Part shown: piece after piece, positions 1 to 13,964 of the stretch
How positions within the stretch are numbered: the first letter of the stretch is position 1
Layout: each line of letters opens with the position of its first letter
Assembly (NCBI GenBank): GCA_951406725.2
Contig: OX597819.1
Location: forward strand, 50,468,001 to 50,532,000
DNA length: 64,000 nucleotides
Reading direction: 5' to 3'
Source of the DNA: Octopus vulgaris
Taxonomy: Eukaryota
Made by a program: the position numbers and the translations under genes
Notes under the pieces: model-generated
Seen by the model: the letters and a program-made list of their open reading frames with translations, nothing else
Databases searched by the model: none
Told to the model about the DNA's origin: nothing

Positions 1-98
1 TATATATATATAAATCGTCCGTAAATATAAATCCGAAAAAAGAAGCACACTCAAAGTTAAAGAGCAATATACATTAAAGTTAGATTAGGTCAGATTTA

Positions 99-161
99 TG
101 GGATTATCTTAAGTTTCCCGTCCATAAAGGGCTTAGCTTTATGGTGTATCATCAGATCCCA
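99..161 (-). ncRNA. Partly decayed type I hammerhead ribozyme in a Penelope-like terminal repeat ending in (TA)n
   Basis: Minus strand reads TGGGAT-CTGATGA-(taca-CCATAAAG..CTTTATGG-acgg)-GAAAC-TTAA-GATA-ATCCCA. Stem I is 6 bp and the core is intact, but the base of stem II and stem III are imperfect. Confidence 0.6.
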
Positions 162-635
162 AGACCTGTTGGCTAAAGGCCTCTCTAGTGAGAAATGCTG
201 AAATCATTACTTCATGATATTTCCTATGGCATTAAAAAGAACGGAGATGAGCAATTTGCTATCGCTATGGGCATCTGTGGTGGCTTTTATATCCTAGATG
301 TCCTTAAAAAGGAAATGAAATTATAGCTATGGAGCAGCATATGCGAGCTCTGCATAACCTAAGGACCAAGTATTATAATATCGACAGAGAATATTTTAAA
401 CATTTCTTCCCTTGCGTGCACAAGCAACAATTTGTACTTCGAGATGCGCTGTCTGACATAGGGCGTGTCTTGAGAACTATTCTTAGATTTGGCAGTGCCC
501 TTCCCTTTTCATGTCCATTCACGATTTGTTTCAGAAAGAGACAGAGGTGGGGGAAACAGAGAGAGAAAGAGAGAAAGAGAGAGAGAGAGGAGAAACAGAA
601 AGTGAGGAAAATAAAGAGTGTGTAAAAGAGAAGTA

Positions 636-772
636 TCGATCTCTGTACAGGACTGGTACTCTTTTTAATCGAACTCGAAAGGAGGACAGTTAGCTTCAAT
701 CGGATTTGAATTCAAAATGTAAAGAGCCAGAACAGTCAATGAAAAGCGGTCTGTCCAACGTTCTAACAACAT
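636..772 (-). mobile_element. Diverged SINE family B fragment
   Basis: Reverse complement resembles the family B body (gttagaacg...tgaattcaaat...cctttcgagttcgattaaaaagagtaccag) seen intact at 4942-5170. Confidence 0.55.
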
Positions 773-777
773 AGATT

Positions 778-856
<79 letters not shown>

Positions 857-870
857 TGATAGATAGATAA
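773..870. repeat. (GATA)n microsatellite
   Basis: Direct inspection. Confidence 0.95.
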
Positions 871-904
871 ATAAATACATTCATACATATACACATACAT
901 ACCT

Positions 905-1025
905 ACATATATACAAAAATACCCTGATGCTGATGTTGAAATACCAATGAAGGAACCTTGGATCTAGGTTAGAAACCTGTTCTTTCTCTACTGGTAAGAA
1001 ATCTTGAAATAATCTAAATAATGAT
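905..1025 (+). mobile_element. 3' UTR fragment of an RLE-type (R4/Dong-like) LINE
   Basis: Similar to 1860-1980 (gatgttgaaat..aatgaagg..ccttgg.tctaggttagaaacc...cttgaaataa) and followed by TACA units. Confidence 0.6.
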
Positions 1026-1042
1026 ATACATACACACATACA

Positions 1043-1981
1043 TGTGTACAGTTGTGGAAATCAGCTGTCCAGCGAATGTTAACATAAAGCTGAATATCAG
1101 TGAAAGAGAGAATACCTACGCTGAACTATTGAGAAATCTGCTGTTACTCTATCGAGATTACAAGTTCAGGTTTATACCAGTAATTATTGGGGCACTGGGA
1201 TGTGTATCACACTGCCTAAATACCAATCTTGATGCATTAGGCTTCACAAAACCAGAAAGGAGAAAGCTAATTCGTATGTATGTATGTATAAGAATACATA
1301 CATAAAACAAAACATACAAATCTGCACACACACACACACACACACACATACATACATACATACATACATACATACATACATACATACATACATACATACA
1401 TACATACATACATACATACATACATACATACATACATACATACATACATACATACATACATACATACATACATACATACATACATGCATACATACATACA
1501 TACACACACACATACATACATACATACATACATACATACATACATACATACATACATACATACATACATACATACATGCATACATACATACATACATACA
1601 TACATGCATACATACATACATGCATACATGCATACATACATACATACATACATACATACATACATACATGCATACATACATACATGCATACATACATACA
1701 TACATGCATACATACATACATGCATACATACATACATGCATACATACATACATACATACATACATACATACATGCATACATACATACATGCATACATACA
1801 TACATACATACATACATACATACATACATACATACATACATACATACATACATACGAATATACACAAACAAAAATACTTTGTTGTTGATGTTGAAATTCC
1901 TATGAAGAAGCCTTGGTTCTAGGTTAGAAACCGGCTCTTTCTCTATTGACAAGATATCTTGAAATAAAACTGAATCATGAC

Positions 1982-1982
<1 letters not shown>
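1043..1982 (+). mobile_element. 5'-truncated RLE-type LINE: C-terminal restriction-like endonuclease plus 3' UTR with internal (TACA)n expansion
   Basis: Translation TVVEISCPANVNIK...YAELLRNL...FIPVIIGALG matches the E..CP / KY..L / IPVIIGALG signature of R4/Dong-type RLE domains. The 3' end runs into (TACA)n. Confidence 0.75.
1326..1855. repeat. (CA)n/(TACA)n microsatellite
   Basis: Direct inspection; source of the MYVC/HTYI pseudo-ORFs. Confidence 0.95.
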
Positions 1983-2012
<30 letters not shown>

Positions 2013-2275
2013 CATACATACATACATACATACATACATACATACATACATACATACATACATACATACATACCAATATATGCAAATGTAGTTAAAATTG
2101 TATATTTCTATACGGTTGTATGTCTTTTGCATATTTAGTCAATGCGTTTTACATCCGTAGAAATAGTTTTGCGAAACTGCATAGGTTTAGTCTGTTGCTT
2201 TCTGTCTGTCTATCTGTCTGTCAGTCTTGCCTGCTTACCTGCCTGCCTGCCTGTCTGTCTGTCAGCCTGTGTGTC

Positions 2276-2406
<131 letters not shown>

Positions 2407-2569
2407 TTCTGTCTGTCTGTCTGTCTCTCTCTGTATAATATGCTCGTGTGTATGTTTGCGTGTATCAATGTCCACCTTGTATCTATTTATGTGTCATGTG
2501 TAACTCTATGCGTACATTGTAATTTTGCGTATATATATATATATCTTTATACATATACATACATATATG

Positions 2570-2627
<58 letters not shown>

Positions 2628-3289
2628 CCACCACATATTCTCACAGAAGTCGACATATACACACATGTATATATATTTGTGTTCGTATCTGTATGTACAT
2701 CGTCTGTAGAGAGCCATGATACTAGTCACAATCAACTTATCCTCTCTGTCTCTGTCCAAAATCCACAAGTGGTAAAAGAATGAAGACAGAATAAGCTCAT
2801 TTCCTCAGTTTGTCCGTCTCATTGATAAGCCGACATACTTCCGTTATCAAACAACACCCAAAGCTATTAATGTTGATAGTTTCTACCACTTCACCAACAA
2901 CTTGCTGCAGCTATTAAACTACTAAAGATGTCAGTTGACTTAATCAATAACATCATTAATTAATGATGCCATCTTCATTTGCTTCCACATCTTGTATCTA
3001 CTTATTATTGCTTCTTCCGAGTCAACGAGGAAACCTTCACATAGTGAATCTCCTCAGACATGCTAGAAATAGCAACCAAACGAAATCTCGTTCAAACGGC
3101 GTCGTGTAATGTGGAAGAGGATGGTAAGAGAAGATAGAAGTGAAGAGGAAGGAGGGAGTGGAAATCTCGTTCTAACCTCGTAGAAGAAAAGGTACTTGCT
3201 GCATTATGTCGGTGTGGATTCTTTTATGTGGTGGGATGGTCACGCTTGGAATCCTTTTGATCATTGGCGTGAATTGTAATGTTATATAA

Positions 3290-4745
3290 AATGATTTATA
3301 TGAAAGATCAAAATAAGAAGAGAGATACTAAAGAAGCCCCAAATAGCTTGGGTTACACACATTATCAAAAGCAAGTTCTTTTCTCAATTGTGTCTCCTGA
3401 ATTACAGGAGCATGCTAAGTGTAAACCCCTTTGCTTGGGCCTTACTTGTCCTTCTACCCCACTTTCTGCTTATTTCCAAGAAAGTAATTACTTTTCCCTC
3501 TCCAGATTCTTTTCTGTTTCCAAACGGTACTTGAAGAATGGCCCTTGATGAAAGCTTGATCGAAGGGCAAAGAGTATACATCAATCCTTTCAATCTTGTT
3601 TATCTTACACTCTTTTTAGCTATAGCTACTGGACAAGCATCTGGAGGATCTTCGTGATATATTCGACTGATAGCCAGATCCCTCTCTCATGAAATAGCTG
3701 TTGCTTGACTAAAATGCTTCGACACTGAAAGATTGCATGCAGAACAGTTTCGTCGCTCTGAGTACATCTCAGATAGACAGGGCTGACAACGCTACAGCAT
3801 TAGGAAGATTTATACTGTGCAGGCAATACCACCTCTACTCTCCAGATGTACGGTGAGGCTAAAACTTAGCATTGTTCCGCATTGTCTTCTAATTCGTCGC
3901 TTGACGAAGAGTTGGAATAGGGGTCGTAGTCCAGGGAAGAGAACAGAAACACATCTGCGCATGTGTACGTGTTGGTGCGTATTTGTGCTTTTGCCCACTT
4001 GAGGTGGAACTGCTATGAGTATTTCTTTTTTGCTGGTGGCAGTGATATACCTAACAATTTTTCTGTCTCCGCTATTGATTTAGCCACTGCTTTGCAAGCT
4101 ACTACTGGTATTAGTATTTTTGTTGATGTTTAGCATCAACTGTAATGTGGTTCTTTGGTACCTTGGCTTCTACCAAGGACGGTAGGCTCTTGGGTGGCAT
4201 CTGGTTCTTTTACTCTCAGTCATAATGTAACATTTTATCTTCTTTGGAGAATTAATCTTGTAAGGCGATTTTGTCAAGTATTTTTTGATTCATCAGGATC
4301 GAAACAACATCGTCAACCAGTTTTTCTTGCGACACTGCTTCACATGAAGAATTGTGTTTTCTTTCTCCAAGACAACACAAACTGCTATTCACCGGATATT
4401 CAATCGTACCGGTTCATCTCTACCTTAGCATTCGATACTCATCAGCCGAAACAAGAGTGGAATCCTAATTGCTCCACAAGACAGTCGAATTCCTTTGAAC
4501 GTCGACTTCTGTGAGAATATTAACTACGACATCCTATATTCCCTTGTGCGAGTAAGAAATACCGCATTGCACCATAACACTATCTTAGCCGTCTGCATCA
4601 TAAGCACTGGGCAACTGAGACTACTCTCTCAGGTTGAGCGTAATGGCCTCTCTTATTTTCTTCTTGAATGACCTTCTCAATTTTTCTTGCAGCTCTTGCA
4701 CAATCACCTTTTACAAAGATCTTATTACTGCTGTACATATTTCTA
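3290..4745 (-). mobile_element. Old, internally deleted Tx1-type LINE (ORF1 remnant joined to ORF2 C-terminal zinc finger)
   Basis: Minus strand near 3721-3780 gives LRCTQSDETVLHAIFQC (cf. PRCGQSDETVLHALVQC at 21.2 kb), followed by TRLKGL and FFKYRL. Upstream, YIMTESKRTRC resembles ORF1 YVVAEGKKPRC. Confidence 0.65.
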
Positions 4746-4941
4746 CTGCTGCTGTGTTCCGAACACAGTAGAAGTGGTACTCGTTATTCTACAAATACCA
4801 ACTGCCATATACTCCGCATCGAGGATGTGGTGATGCTGGTGGTGGAGATGTTGCTGTTGCAGCTGCTATCGATCTGGTCACACTGGGCTTATTGTTTTCT
4901 TGGAGTGATGTCAATACGGCCTGGGATGGTCATGCTGTGGT

Positions 4942-5354
4942 GGATGAGCTGGCAGAACCGTTAGCACGCCGGGCGAAATGCTTAGCGGTATTTCGTCTGT
5001 CGCTACGTTCTGAGTTCAAATTCCGCCGAGGTCGACTTTGCCTTTCATCCTTTCGGGGTCGATTAAATACGTACCAGTTACGCACTGGGGTCGATATAAT
5101 CGACTTAATCCGTTTGTCTGTCTTTGTTTGTCCTCTCTGTGTTTAGCCCCTTGTGGGTAGTAAAGAAATAGGTATTTCGTCTGCCGCTACGTTCTGATTT
5201 CAAATTCCGCCGAGGTCGACTTTGCCTTTCATCCTCTCGGGGTCGATTAAATTAAGTACCAGTTACACACTGGGGTCGATGTAATCGACTTAATCCCATT
5301 GTCTGTCTTTGTTTGTCCCTTCTATGTTTAGCTCCTTGTGGGCAATAAAGAAAT
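4942..5354 (+). mobile_element. SINE family B, full copy plus tandem partial duplicate (5171-5354)
   Basis: GAGCTGGCAGAA head, GTTCAAATTCC B-box-like motif, central gcctttcatcctttcggggtcgat..gtaccag segment (Nin-domain-like), tail ctgtgtttagcccc..taaagaaata. Confidence 0.85.
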
Positions 5355-5764
5355 GGGGTGTGTAGCTAATATTTTTTTAAATCACTGAACCATTGCTAAA
5401 ACATATTCTTTTGTGAATGTGTAAATCAGTCTGTTTCCACCCCTCCTTCCTCTTCACTTCTACCTTCTCTTACCACTCTCTTCCTCATCACACGACGTCG
5501 TTTACAATTCTTAGTTATTTTTTCAAAGAATTTGTAAACAACAATGTTACAGTGTTTCAAACAGTTCAGTCCCTAACAAGGGTCAAACAGATCATTGGGA
5601 CTACCATCTGCTCACTGTCACCTCTGCAGCAAAATACACAGCAAATATAGAATATATCAAATCCCTAAATCGCTAAACAAACAAACAATTGTTTTCGAAC
5701 TTCACAGAGTGAATCCAGATGTAACCTTGCGTTGACAGGAGAAATTTAATTGGCAGAGGTTTTT

Positions 5765-5958
5765 ATTTTGAAGTTTGGTGTTAAGAAGGAATCTACTCGA
5801 GTTTTAAGAATCTGTTTTACAGAATACAGGATGGCACTTTCTGCAAAGACCTTCACAACGTAATATCACTTCTGTTGTATTTCAGAGCCTTAAGTAGCAA
5901 TTTGGGCGATGCACCAAGTGCACCAATGATCATAAGAACAATTTCTATGCTTGTATTC
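5765..5958 (-). mobile_element. RLE-type LINE C-terminal fragment next to (TAG)n
   Basis: Minus strand IEIVLMIIGALGASPK...LQKSAIL (after a frameshift), then AATAAA. Confidence 0.6.
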
Positions 5959-5974
5959 TACTACTACTACTACA

Positions 5975-6056
<82 letters not shown>

Positions 6057-6120
6057 CTACTACTACTACTACTACTACTGCCGTCGCCGCCGCCGCTACC
6101 GCCACCACCACCACTACAAG

Positions 6121-6212
<92 letters not shown>
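5958..6212. repeat. Compound (CTA)n/(CTG)n/(CCG)n/(CCA)n trinucleotide array
   Basis: Direct inspection. Confidence 0.95.
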
Positions 6213-6552
6213 GTCTTATCTTTTTTGTTTCAGTTTTGTTATTTTTTTACTGTATTGGAAGTGCATTACAGATGAGCAAAATCATTTGAGCCATGCTCAC
6301 ACCATCTTTCTGTATATAATCATCTGGAACGCATTACCACCAAAAGTGTCCATTTTGAAGGTGAGAGGTCGTGACTTGACAGAGATTTGGCTAATAATTC
6401 TTATAGGCGAACGGCAGCATAGCGTCTCGGTAAGCAAAATGGCGCTCTAAAGCAGTGGTTCTCAATTAGGGTTCACATGGTCCTTGACGGTTCATATACG
6501 ATCTTCTTGTTCAAATTTGTATGCAATAAATTGCTTATGCTTCTACTATTCT

Positions 6553-6762
6553 TTTATTCTTTTATTTGTTTCAGTTATTTGACTGTGGCCATGCTGGAGC
6601 ATCACCATTAAGTCGAACAAATCGACCCCAGGACTTATTCTCTGTAAGCCTAGTACTTATTCAATCGGTCTCTTATGTCGAACCGTTAGGTTACGGAGAC
6701 GTAAACACACCAATATCAGTTGTCAAGCGATGGTGGGGACAAACATTGATACACAGACACAG

Positions 6763-6770
<8 letters not shown>
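6553..6770 (-). mobile_element. SINE family A, 3' half
   Basis: Reverse complement matches the tail of 21732-22136 (tgctccagcatggcc.cagtcaaat.actgaaacaa). Confidence 0.8.
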
Positions 6771-6821
<51 letters not shown>

Positions 6822-7039
6822 CATGTATACGACACACGTATATACATATATATATATATATATATATGTATAAGACACACGTTTTCCCTACCAAAAATCT
6901 TTTAAACAATTATCTCGGGCTCTATATATGAAATTGGGCCTATATTGCATGCTTTAATTCGCCAAAATATCTTTTTACCTGAATATGCGCTGCCCAAATT
7001 GGGCTGCGTCTAATATACCCGCGTGTGCGCCTTTTTTGA

Positions 7040-7295
7040 GATCGATTACAGGTAAGTTCACCGCCATCAATTCACCCTGAAGAAAGTTCACCGTGAGGAA
7101 AGTTCGCCGGGAGGAAAGTTTACCGAGAAAATATATCCATAATATCTCACCATTAATAGCTAAAAACTATTTTATTGAAAAAAAACAAAAAAAAATTAAC
7201 CAAAACAAAAAACAAATGGTGAATTGAAGACGAATTTGATGGCGGTGAACCTTCCCTGCAGTGAATTGATGACGGTGAACTTACCGGAAATGATC
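7040..7295. mobile_element. MITE-like non-autonomous DNA transposon
   Basis: Imperfect ~35-bp terminal inverted repeats (gatcgattacaggtaagttcaccgccatcaattcac / gtgaattgatgacggtgaacttaccggaaatgatc) with internal gaaagttcaccg subrepeats. Confidence 0.7.
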
Positions 7296-8175
7296 AAATA
7301 CAGTAATGGCTCATCAGAAATCATAAAGGACAGTTTACTGTCCTTGACGTCAGAGACTACGTGGTCACTATTTCAACAGCATGACATCACCATTTTCATA
7401 ATAATTCAGAGATTAAATTTGTCTCACGTACTTCAAAAAAATTTTAAAATGTAGCTTGCGGCCCGTGAGCAACATTTTACCAAAGACTGTAGAAAAGTTG
7501 CAGTAATAGAAACAAGAGAAACTATATAACGTGTTCTTTTGTTTGTCGTATCAACACATTCTACGCCTACACCTAAAATAACGAAGTCAACGAAATGTTA
7601 TTAATTTCGTGTATCTTTTTCGGAACGATGAAATGCGACCATTCCTATTTTAAGCTATCGCATTGAACTGTCTGCAAAATAGAACAAATGTAAAGATCAG
7701 TGAAGTAAAGGAAACAATCTTCCACTTGACGGAATCGTGTGACTTTGGTAGTAAATACAAGCCATTTACTAATTAATTGCCTACAAAGAACGACATTTTG
7801 TTACATAAATACATACATAGAAATGCACAAAGACACGCACACACACACACACACACGCACACACACACATACACACAAAGAAAAATATACATACATTCAT
7901 ATATATCATACATATATACACATATACATATATATGTATGTGTGTATAGATAATAGAATTGCAGACACACCCATGAATACATCTGTGCGTACCGTGTATT
8001 CTATGATTTTTGCATACACGATATGAGAACATTAGTCATAATAAACACACGCAAACAGGCAGACACACAGGCACACATAATATATCTATATCTATTTCTG
8101 TTATATAGCTATGTAAATATACACACATATATATGTATGTATGTATATATGTACGTATATATATATGTATATATA

Positions 8176-8218
<43 letters not shown>

Positions 8219-8228
8219 ACATATGCAT

Positions 8229-8267
<39 letters not shown>

Positions 8268-8460
8268 CTCATATACACATGTATGGATGTATATTTCTGT
8301 GTGCGTATGCTTGTATGTATACACACTTACATAAGCATTTTAGCAGTTATTTTCCAATAATCAAATCCCAGATAGATTAAGCTACTTAAAACCACCTAAA
8401 ATACATCATCTTAACCGAAATAAACTTACTAACTCAGCGGATGAGTCAAAGTCACACATA

Positions 8461-8497
<37 letters not shown>

Positions 8498-8528
8498 TAC
8501 ATATATATATACATATCTATACATATGC

Positions 8529-8574
<46 letters not shown>

Positions 8575-8654
8575 GTATGCATATATATTCATACATATGT
8601 ATATGTTATCTGTATGTATGTATGTATCTTTTTGTCTGTCTTTCTATCTATCTA

Positions 8655-8721
<67 letters not shown>

Positions 8722-8726
8722 GTCTG

Positions 8727-8852
<126 letters not shown>

Positions 8853-8918
8853 GCTATCTCTCTCTGTCTCTCTGTCTCTGTCTGTCTGTCTCTCTCTGTC
8901 TCTCTGTCTCTCTATCTA

Positions 8919-8959
<41 letters not shown>

Positions 8960-9242
8960 ATGAATTAACAGATTGCTTGAAAAATAAACCTAACGAATAA
9001 AACAGGAAATGAAATAAGAAAGTAAAGAGAGAAATATATTCCTCTGACGGCATTTCAAAAAATCATGACAATAGTTTAAAAAATGATTTAGTAACGTTTA
9101 AGAAAAGAAAAGAGAAATTCAAATAAAAATAACGAGAGAAAATGATTTTCTGAGAGAGGAGATTATTTTATGAATTGTCAGTGACGTCATTATATCGAAA
9201 ATAAATACTGCGAATTATTCAGAACTATTTATAGCAGCTTCT

Positions 9243-9356
<114 letters not shown>

Positions 9357-9531
9357 TTGTCTTTCGAAGTTATCCAAATCGGGAAAAGCGATATACATGC
9401 ATTCATACATACAGGCATTCATACATACATACATACATACATACATACATACATACATACACAGACACAGACACACACACTCATATATATATATATATAT
9501 ACATATATATATAGAGAGAGAGAGAGACAAA

Positions 9532-9575
<44 letters not shown>

Positions 9576-9606
9576 ATATGTATATATATGTATATGTATG
9601 TATATG

Positions 9607-9682
<76 letters not shown>

Positions 9683-10630
9683 ATTGCACACACACACACA
9701 CACACAAACACATATTTGTACACATACACGCACACACTACGCGCGCACGCACTCACATATATATACTCATGTATGAAAAGTGGAAAATATATAATAAGAA
9801 ATAAGAAAAAAACTACAAAATAAACGATCAAAATTTCAAGACAGAAAATACAAATAGACACTCGAAAATAAAGTAAGTGCGGTGTGAGTGTTATAGAATA
9901 GGAGGAACAACTGGGAAGAAGCAACGGTTAAACACTGCAAGAACTCGGAATTCAGCAAGAATATAATGGTAAACATAGAAGCAGTAGTAGTAATGGTGGT
10001 GGTGGTAGTTGTGGTGAAGGGGAGAAAGAAAGAAAGAAATAAAAAAAAAAACGGGGGAAAACTCTTGTTAGACAGAGAAGCGGCTACAAGATGGCGAAGT
10101 GTTAGATCGAGGAGGAAGTGGAGGAGGAGTAGGTGGTTGGGTTGGGAAAGAAACCTTCTAGTGATTAATTCTCTGTTTTGGCCATTAGGGGAAGAAGTTT
10201 GTTCCGACGCTTAACGCCACTCTTCTGCACTGATTGAAGATCCATCAATCAAAATCACTAGTGCTCACCGCCAATTACAAAGGCATCGATCGATCACTCG
10301 CTACTAACATCGATGGAACGTAACATGTAGTACGTCGGTCAAGTGATTCGCACGTATTCTAATGAAGGATACACCTCTAGCTCTTTCTCTCTCTCTCTTT
10401 CTCTCTTACTGACCTTTTCTCTCTTACTCTCTCTCTCTCTCCCTCTTACTCCACTTTTCTCTCTTTTACTCTTTCTTTCTCTAACAAGCATTCCTTTCAC
10501 TTTATCATTCTCAGTCTCTTCTCTTGGAATGCAAATTTATCTCAGTACAATTTGTCTTTCTTCATCTTTCTCTTCCCTCTTTCATTTTCTTTTTAGCTAT
10601 TCCGCAAACTTACCCTCGCTGCTGTTTCTC

Positions 10631-10686
<56 letters not shown>

Positions 10687-10725
10687 GTATATATACACAC
10701 ATACATACATAGATACATACATACA

Positions 10726-10759
<34 letters not shown>

Positions 10760-10806
10760 CATACATACATACATACATATATACACACATACATACATAC
10801 ATACAT

Positions 10807-10841
<35 letters not shown>

Positions 10842-11608
10842 TACATGCATATATATATATATATATCATCTCTTACGACTCAATTTTCGCCACAGCTTCT
10901 ATCATGTTGTCTTCCCCCATCGACCATCTTCTTTTCTATCTACCTCTATCTTTTCTTCCAGCCCTGTTCCTAGCATTCTCTCTCTCTTCTCTTTTAACCA
11001 CTATCTCTTCACTCTTCCTATTTTCCTTCCTTTCCTTTTCTCTCCTATTAGATCTCTTTTTTCTTCTTCTTTGTCCTTTCTTTCCCAATCTTATATATCT
11101 TTTCTTCTGCCATTTCTTTGTGAAGTTGCTAAACTGGAAAAATGAAAAGAAAGACACCCTAGAGCGGAGATAACGTATGATTCAACTAATGTCATCCTCC
11201 ACACAATCTATTGAGCTGATTGGTTGCCGTGTCTCCGATTCTACAATGCTGTCAGCAGTTGTTTAATACGTATTAAAGACGACACTTATGTAGATAGTGC
11301 TGCTGGCGTTTCTAGCCAAGTAATTCTGTTTAACTTAGTTAACGCTAATTCTTGCAACGAACAGCCATATCTCTAGGAGACTAATACATGTCTCCGTCTT
11401 CTAAAGAGCCACTAACAACAAAAGAGAAACAAATCTGATATATCCTGGGATTGGAAGCTAGTTTATTGTACGTTAAATCCCTCTATTCTCATTCAACGAT
11501 CATGAGGTGTGATCAAAATATCAAGGTGGTTCCTTCGTGGTATTTGTACCTAATAGAATAGTAGCCAATAGTAGCCTGATAGAATAGTAGCCAAAAAAAA
11601 AAATGGGT

Positions 11609-11835
11609 GGCGAGCTGGCAGAAACGTTAGCACGCCGGGCGAAATGCATAGCAGTATTTCGTCTGTCGCTACGTTCTGAGTTCAAATTCCGCCGAGGTCG
11701 ACTTTGCCTTTCATCCTTTCGGGGTCGATTAAATAAGTACCAGTTACGTACTGGGTCGATATAATCGATTTAATCCGTTTTTCTGTCCTTGTTTGTCCCC
11801 TCTGTGTGTAGCCCCTTGTGGGCAGTAAAGAAATA
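11609..11835 (+). mobile_element. SINE family B
   Basis: Near-identical to 4942-5170. Confidence 0.85.
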
Positions 11836-11986
11836 AGAATTGTAGCTAAACCATAATTTACATTCAAACTATAGCCTAGCGTATGAAGACAAGAAGGGTT
11901 CACGGGGTAAGTGATCAGCTCAGGATATATAAACAAAAAGACAGAGTAGCATGCCTGAAATGTTTTCGAATAGGGATATGTATGTA

Positions 11987-12428
11987 CTCGTTTTTATTTA
12001 TTTACATTCTTCCTGTGAACAAGGAGCTGGTTTCTAACAAAGATACAAAGCTCGTTGGGATATAGATAGCGAAGACAATGTCACATTTTAAACTTGAGAC
12101 AAGCCTTGCATATTTTATGCTGTTTCACTTACAGATTGTATTTGTAATGTGTGACTGAATTGTTTGAATCCTTTTCCTGAAAATCCAACTTTATCCAGAC
12201 TGTCGATTAGGCATTATTAACTCACAAAATCAAGTGCACCAATTACTGGTATAAATGTAAATTTGTAATCTGGATATAGAAGACGAAGCAGTTGTCCATA
12301 GTTATCTTCTTTCTCTTTGATTTTCAAAGGGATATTCACATCAGTAGGACAATTGACCTCTATGACAGTACATGTCTTTTCTTGTTTGCCCCAAACAATA
12401 ATATCCGGACTATTATACTTACACATAT
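11987..12428 (-). mobile_element. 5'-truncated RLE-type LINE flanked by (TACA)n
   Basis: ORF 12217-12426: NSPDIIVWGKQEKTCTVIEVNCPTDVN..KEKEDNYGQL..IPVIGAL (PD..E..K RLE motif). The 3' UTR contains gttagaaacc and ends in TACATACATA; the 5' side abuts the long (TACA)n array. Confidence 0.8.
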
Positions 12429-12899
12429 GTATGTGTGTATGTATGTATGTATGTATGTGTGTATGTATGTATGTATGTATGTATGTATGTATGTATGTAT
12501 GTATGTGTGTATGCGTGTATGTATGTATGTATGTATGTATGTATGTATGTATGTATGTATGTGTGTATGTATGTATGTGTGTGTGTGTATGTATGTATGT
12601 ATGTATGTATGTATGTATGTATGTATGTGTGTATGTATGTATGTATGTATGTATGTATGTATGTATGTATGTATGTATGTATGTATGTGTGTATGTGTGT
12701 ATGTGTGTATGTATGTGTGTCTATGTATGTATGTATGTATGTATGTATGTATGTATGTATGTATGTATGTATGTATGTATGTGTGTATGTGTGTATGTAT
12801 GTATGTATGTATGTATGTATGTATGTATGTATGTGTGTATGTGTGTATGTATGTATGTATGTATGTATGTATGTATGTATGTATGTGTGTATGTATGTA
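12427..12899. repeat. (TATG)n microsatellite
   Basis: Direct inspection. Confidence 0.95.
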
Positions 12900-12959
12900 A
12901 AATTGGAAAGAAGAAAGAGATCTAGTAGGGGAGAAAAGGAAAGAATGAAAGGGGGGAAG

Positions 12960-13500
12960 TGAATAGGTAGTAGTTAAAATAGAAGTGTGTGAGTGCTGCG
13001 AGCTGGGTAAAAGAGAGAGAGAGACTATGGAAAAGTCTAGGTTCAACGACCATCTAGCAATAACAGGATCTCTCAGAAATTCCGGTTTGATGTCCGGGGT
13101 GGTGGAAGACCACTGGGAGTAAGGCATCCCTCAGCTTTTGTTAAAGTACGTATCTAAGAAAAGGTCACTCTGATATGAAAGGAATGACATTGGGCCATTT
13201 TAGGGATCTTTTGCTTGAGATTATGGTATTCCCAAATTCCTGAACCTGCAACCCATATTAGCACTGGGTATCTTGTCCTGGTTTGTCTCTGGATCGAGTC
13301 AAAGGGGTGCGGATGGTCCGTGAGGTGTTGAGCAAGCCTTATTGGAGCGAACTTTTTCGGATCTAATATCGCCGGCGATATGACTTACCGATGCCCAGTC
13401 GAATAGGAAGACGCTGCAGTGTGCATGGGAGCTAAGTGGGACGAACCTGGATGTAGCCGACGGCAAGTGCAATGACCTAATAGGCATTGCTGACATTTTG
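12960..13500 (-). mobile_element. Possible decayed CR1/L2-group LINE 3' remnant
   Basis: Minus-strand PIRSLHLPSATSRFVPLSSHAHCSVFLF weakly resembles the C-terminal AIRLI..P.L...L.PLSHRR...L.LF motif of such LINEs. Confidence 0.35.
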
Positions 13501-13550
13501 CATGGGCAATGGTCAGTAGTGACAGTCTTCCTCGTTCACAAGTGGATAAA

Positions 13551-13594
<44 letters not shown>

Positions 13595-13964
13595 CATCAT
13601 CATCATCATATTACTATGACACTACACAGTACCAAGTTGACCAAACGGACCAAAATTACCACATTACGCTCCTCATCTGACACTGTACACACATACACTC
13701 ACACAAACAAGCTCATACACATACACGCGTGCTCACGAACAGACACACAAAGACATACATGCACACGCTATACAATTCATGCATATAGCGCCTAACACAA
13801 ACAAATGTGCACTACACTTCACTACATACATGTCACACACATACACACAGAGAGGCACACACAATTCACCCTACACAAACCTGCAAACACACACACACAC
13901 ACACACATGATACACACGTATGTACACACAAGCACTACACATTATTTTATATACTTGACACACT

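Noticed and set aside
329-699. ORFs upstream of the first hammerhead as a Penelope linker remnant (PNLR..CCLC)
   Set aside because: Similarity too weak to call by eye.
1899-1945. tgaaga-stem-agaaac in the RLE-LINE 3' UTR as a hammerhead
   Set aside because: No C3, no stem I, not conserved in the other copies; treated as an ordinary 3' stem-loop.
6453-6500. hAT-like end CAGTGGTTCTCAA
   Set aside because: No matching second terminus found.
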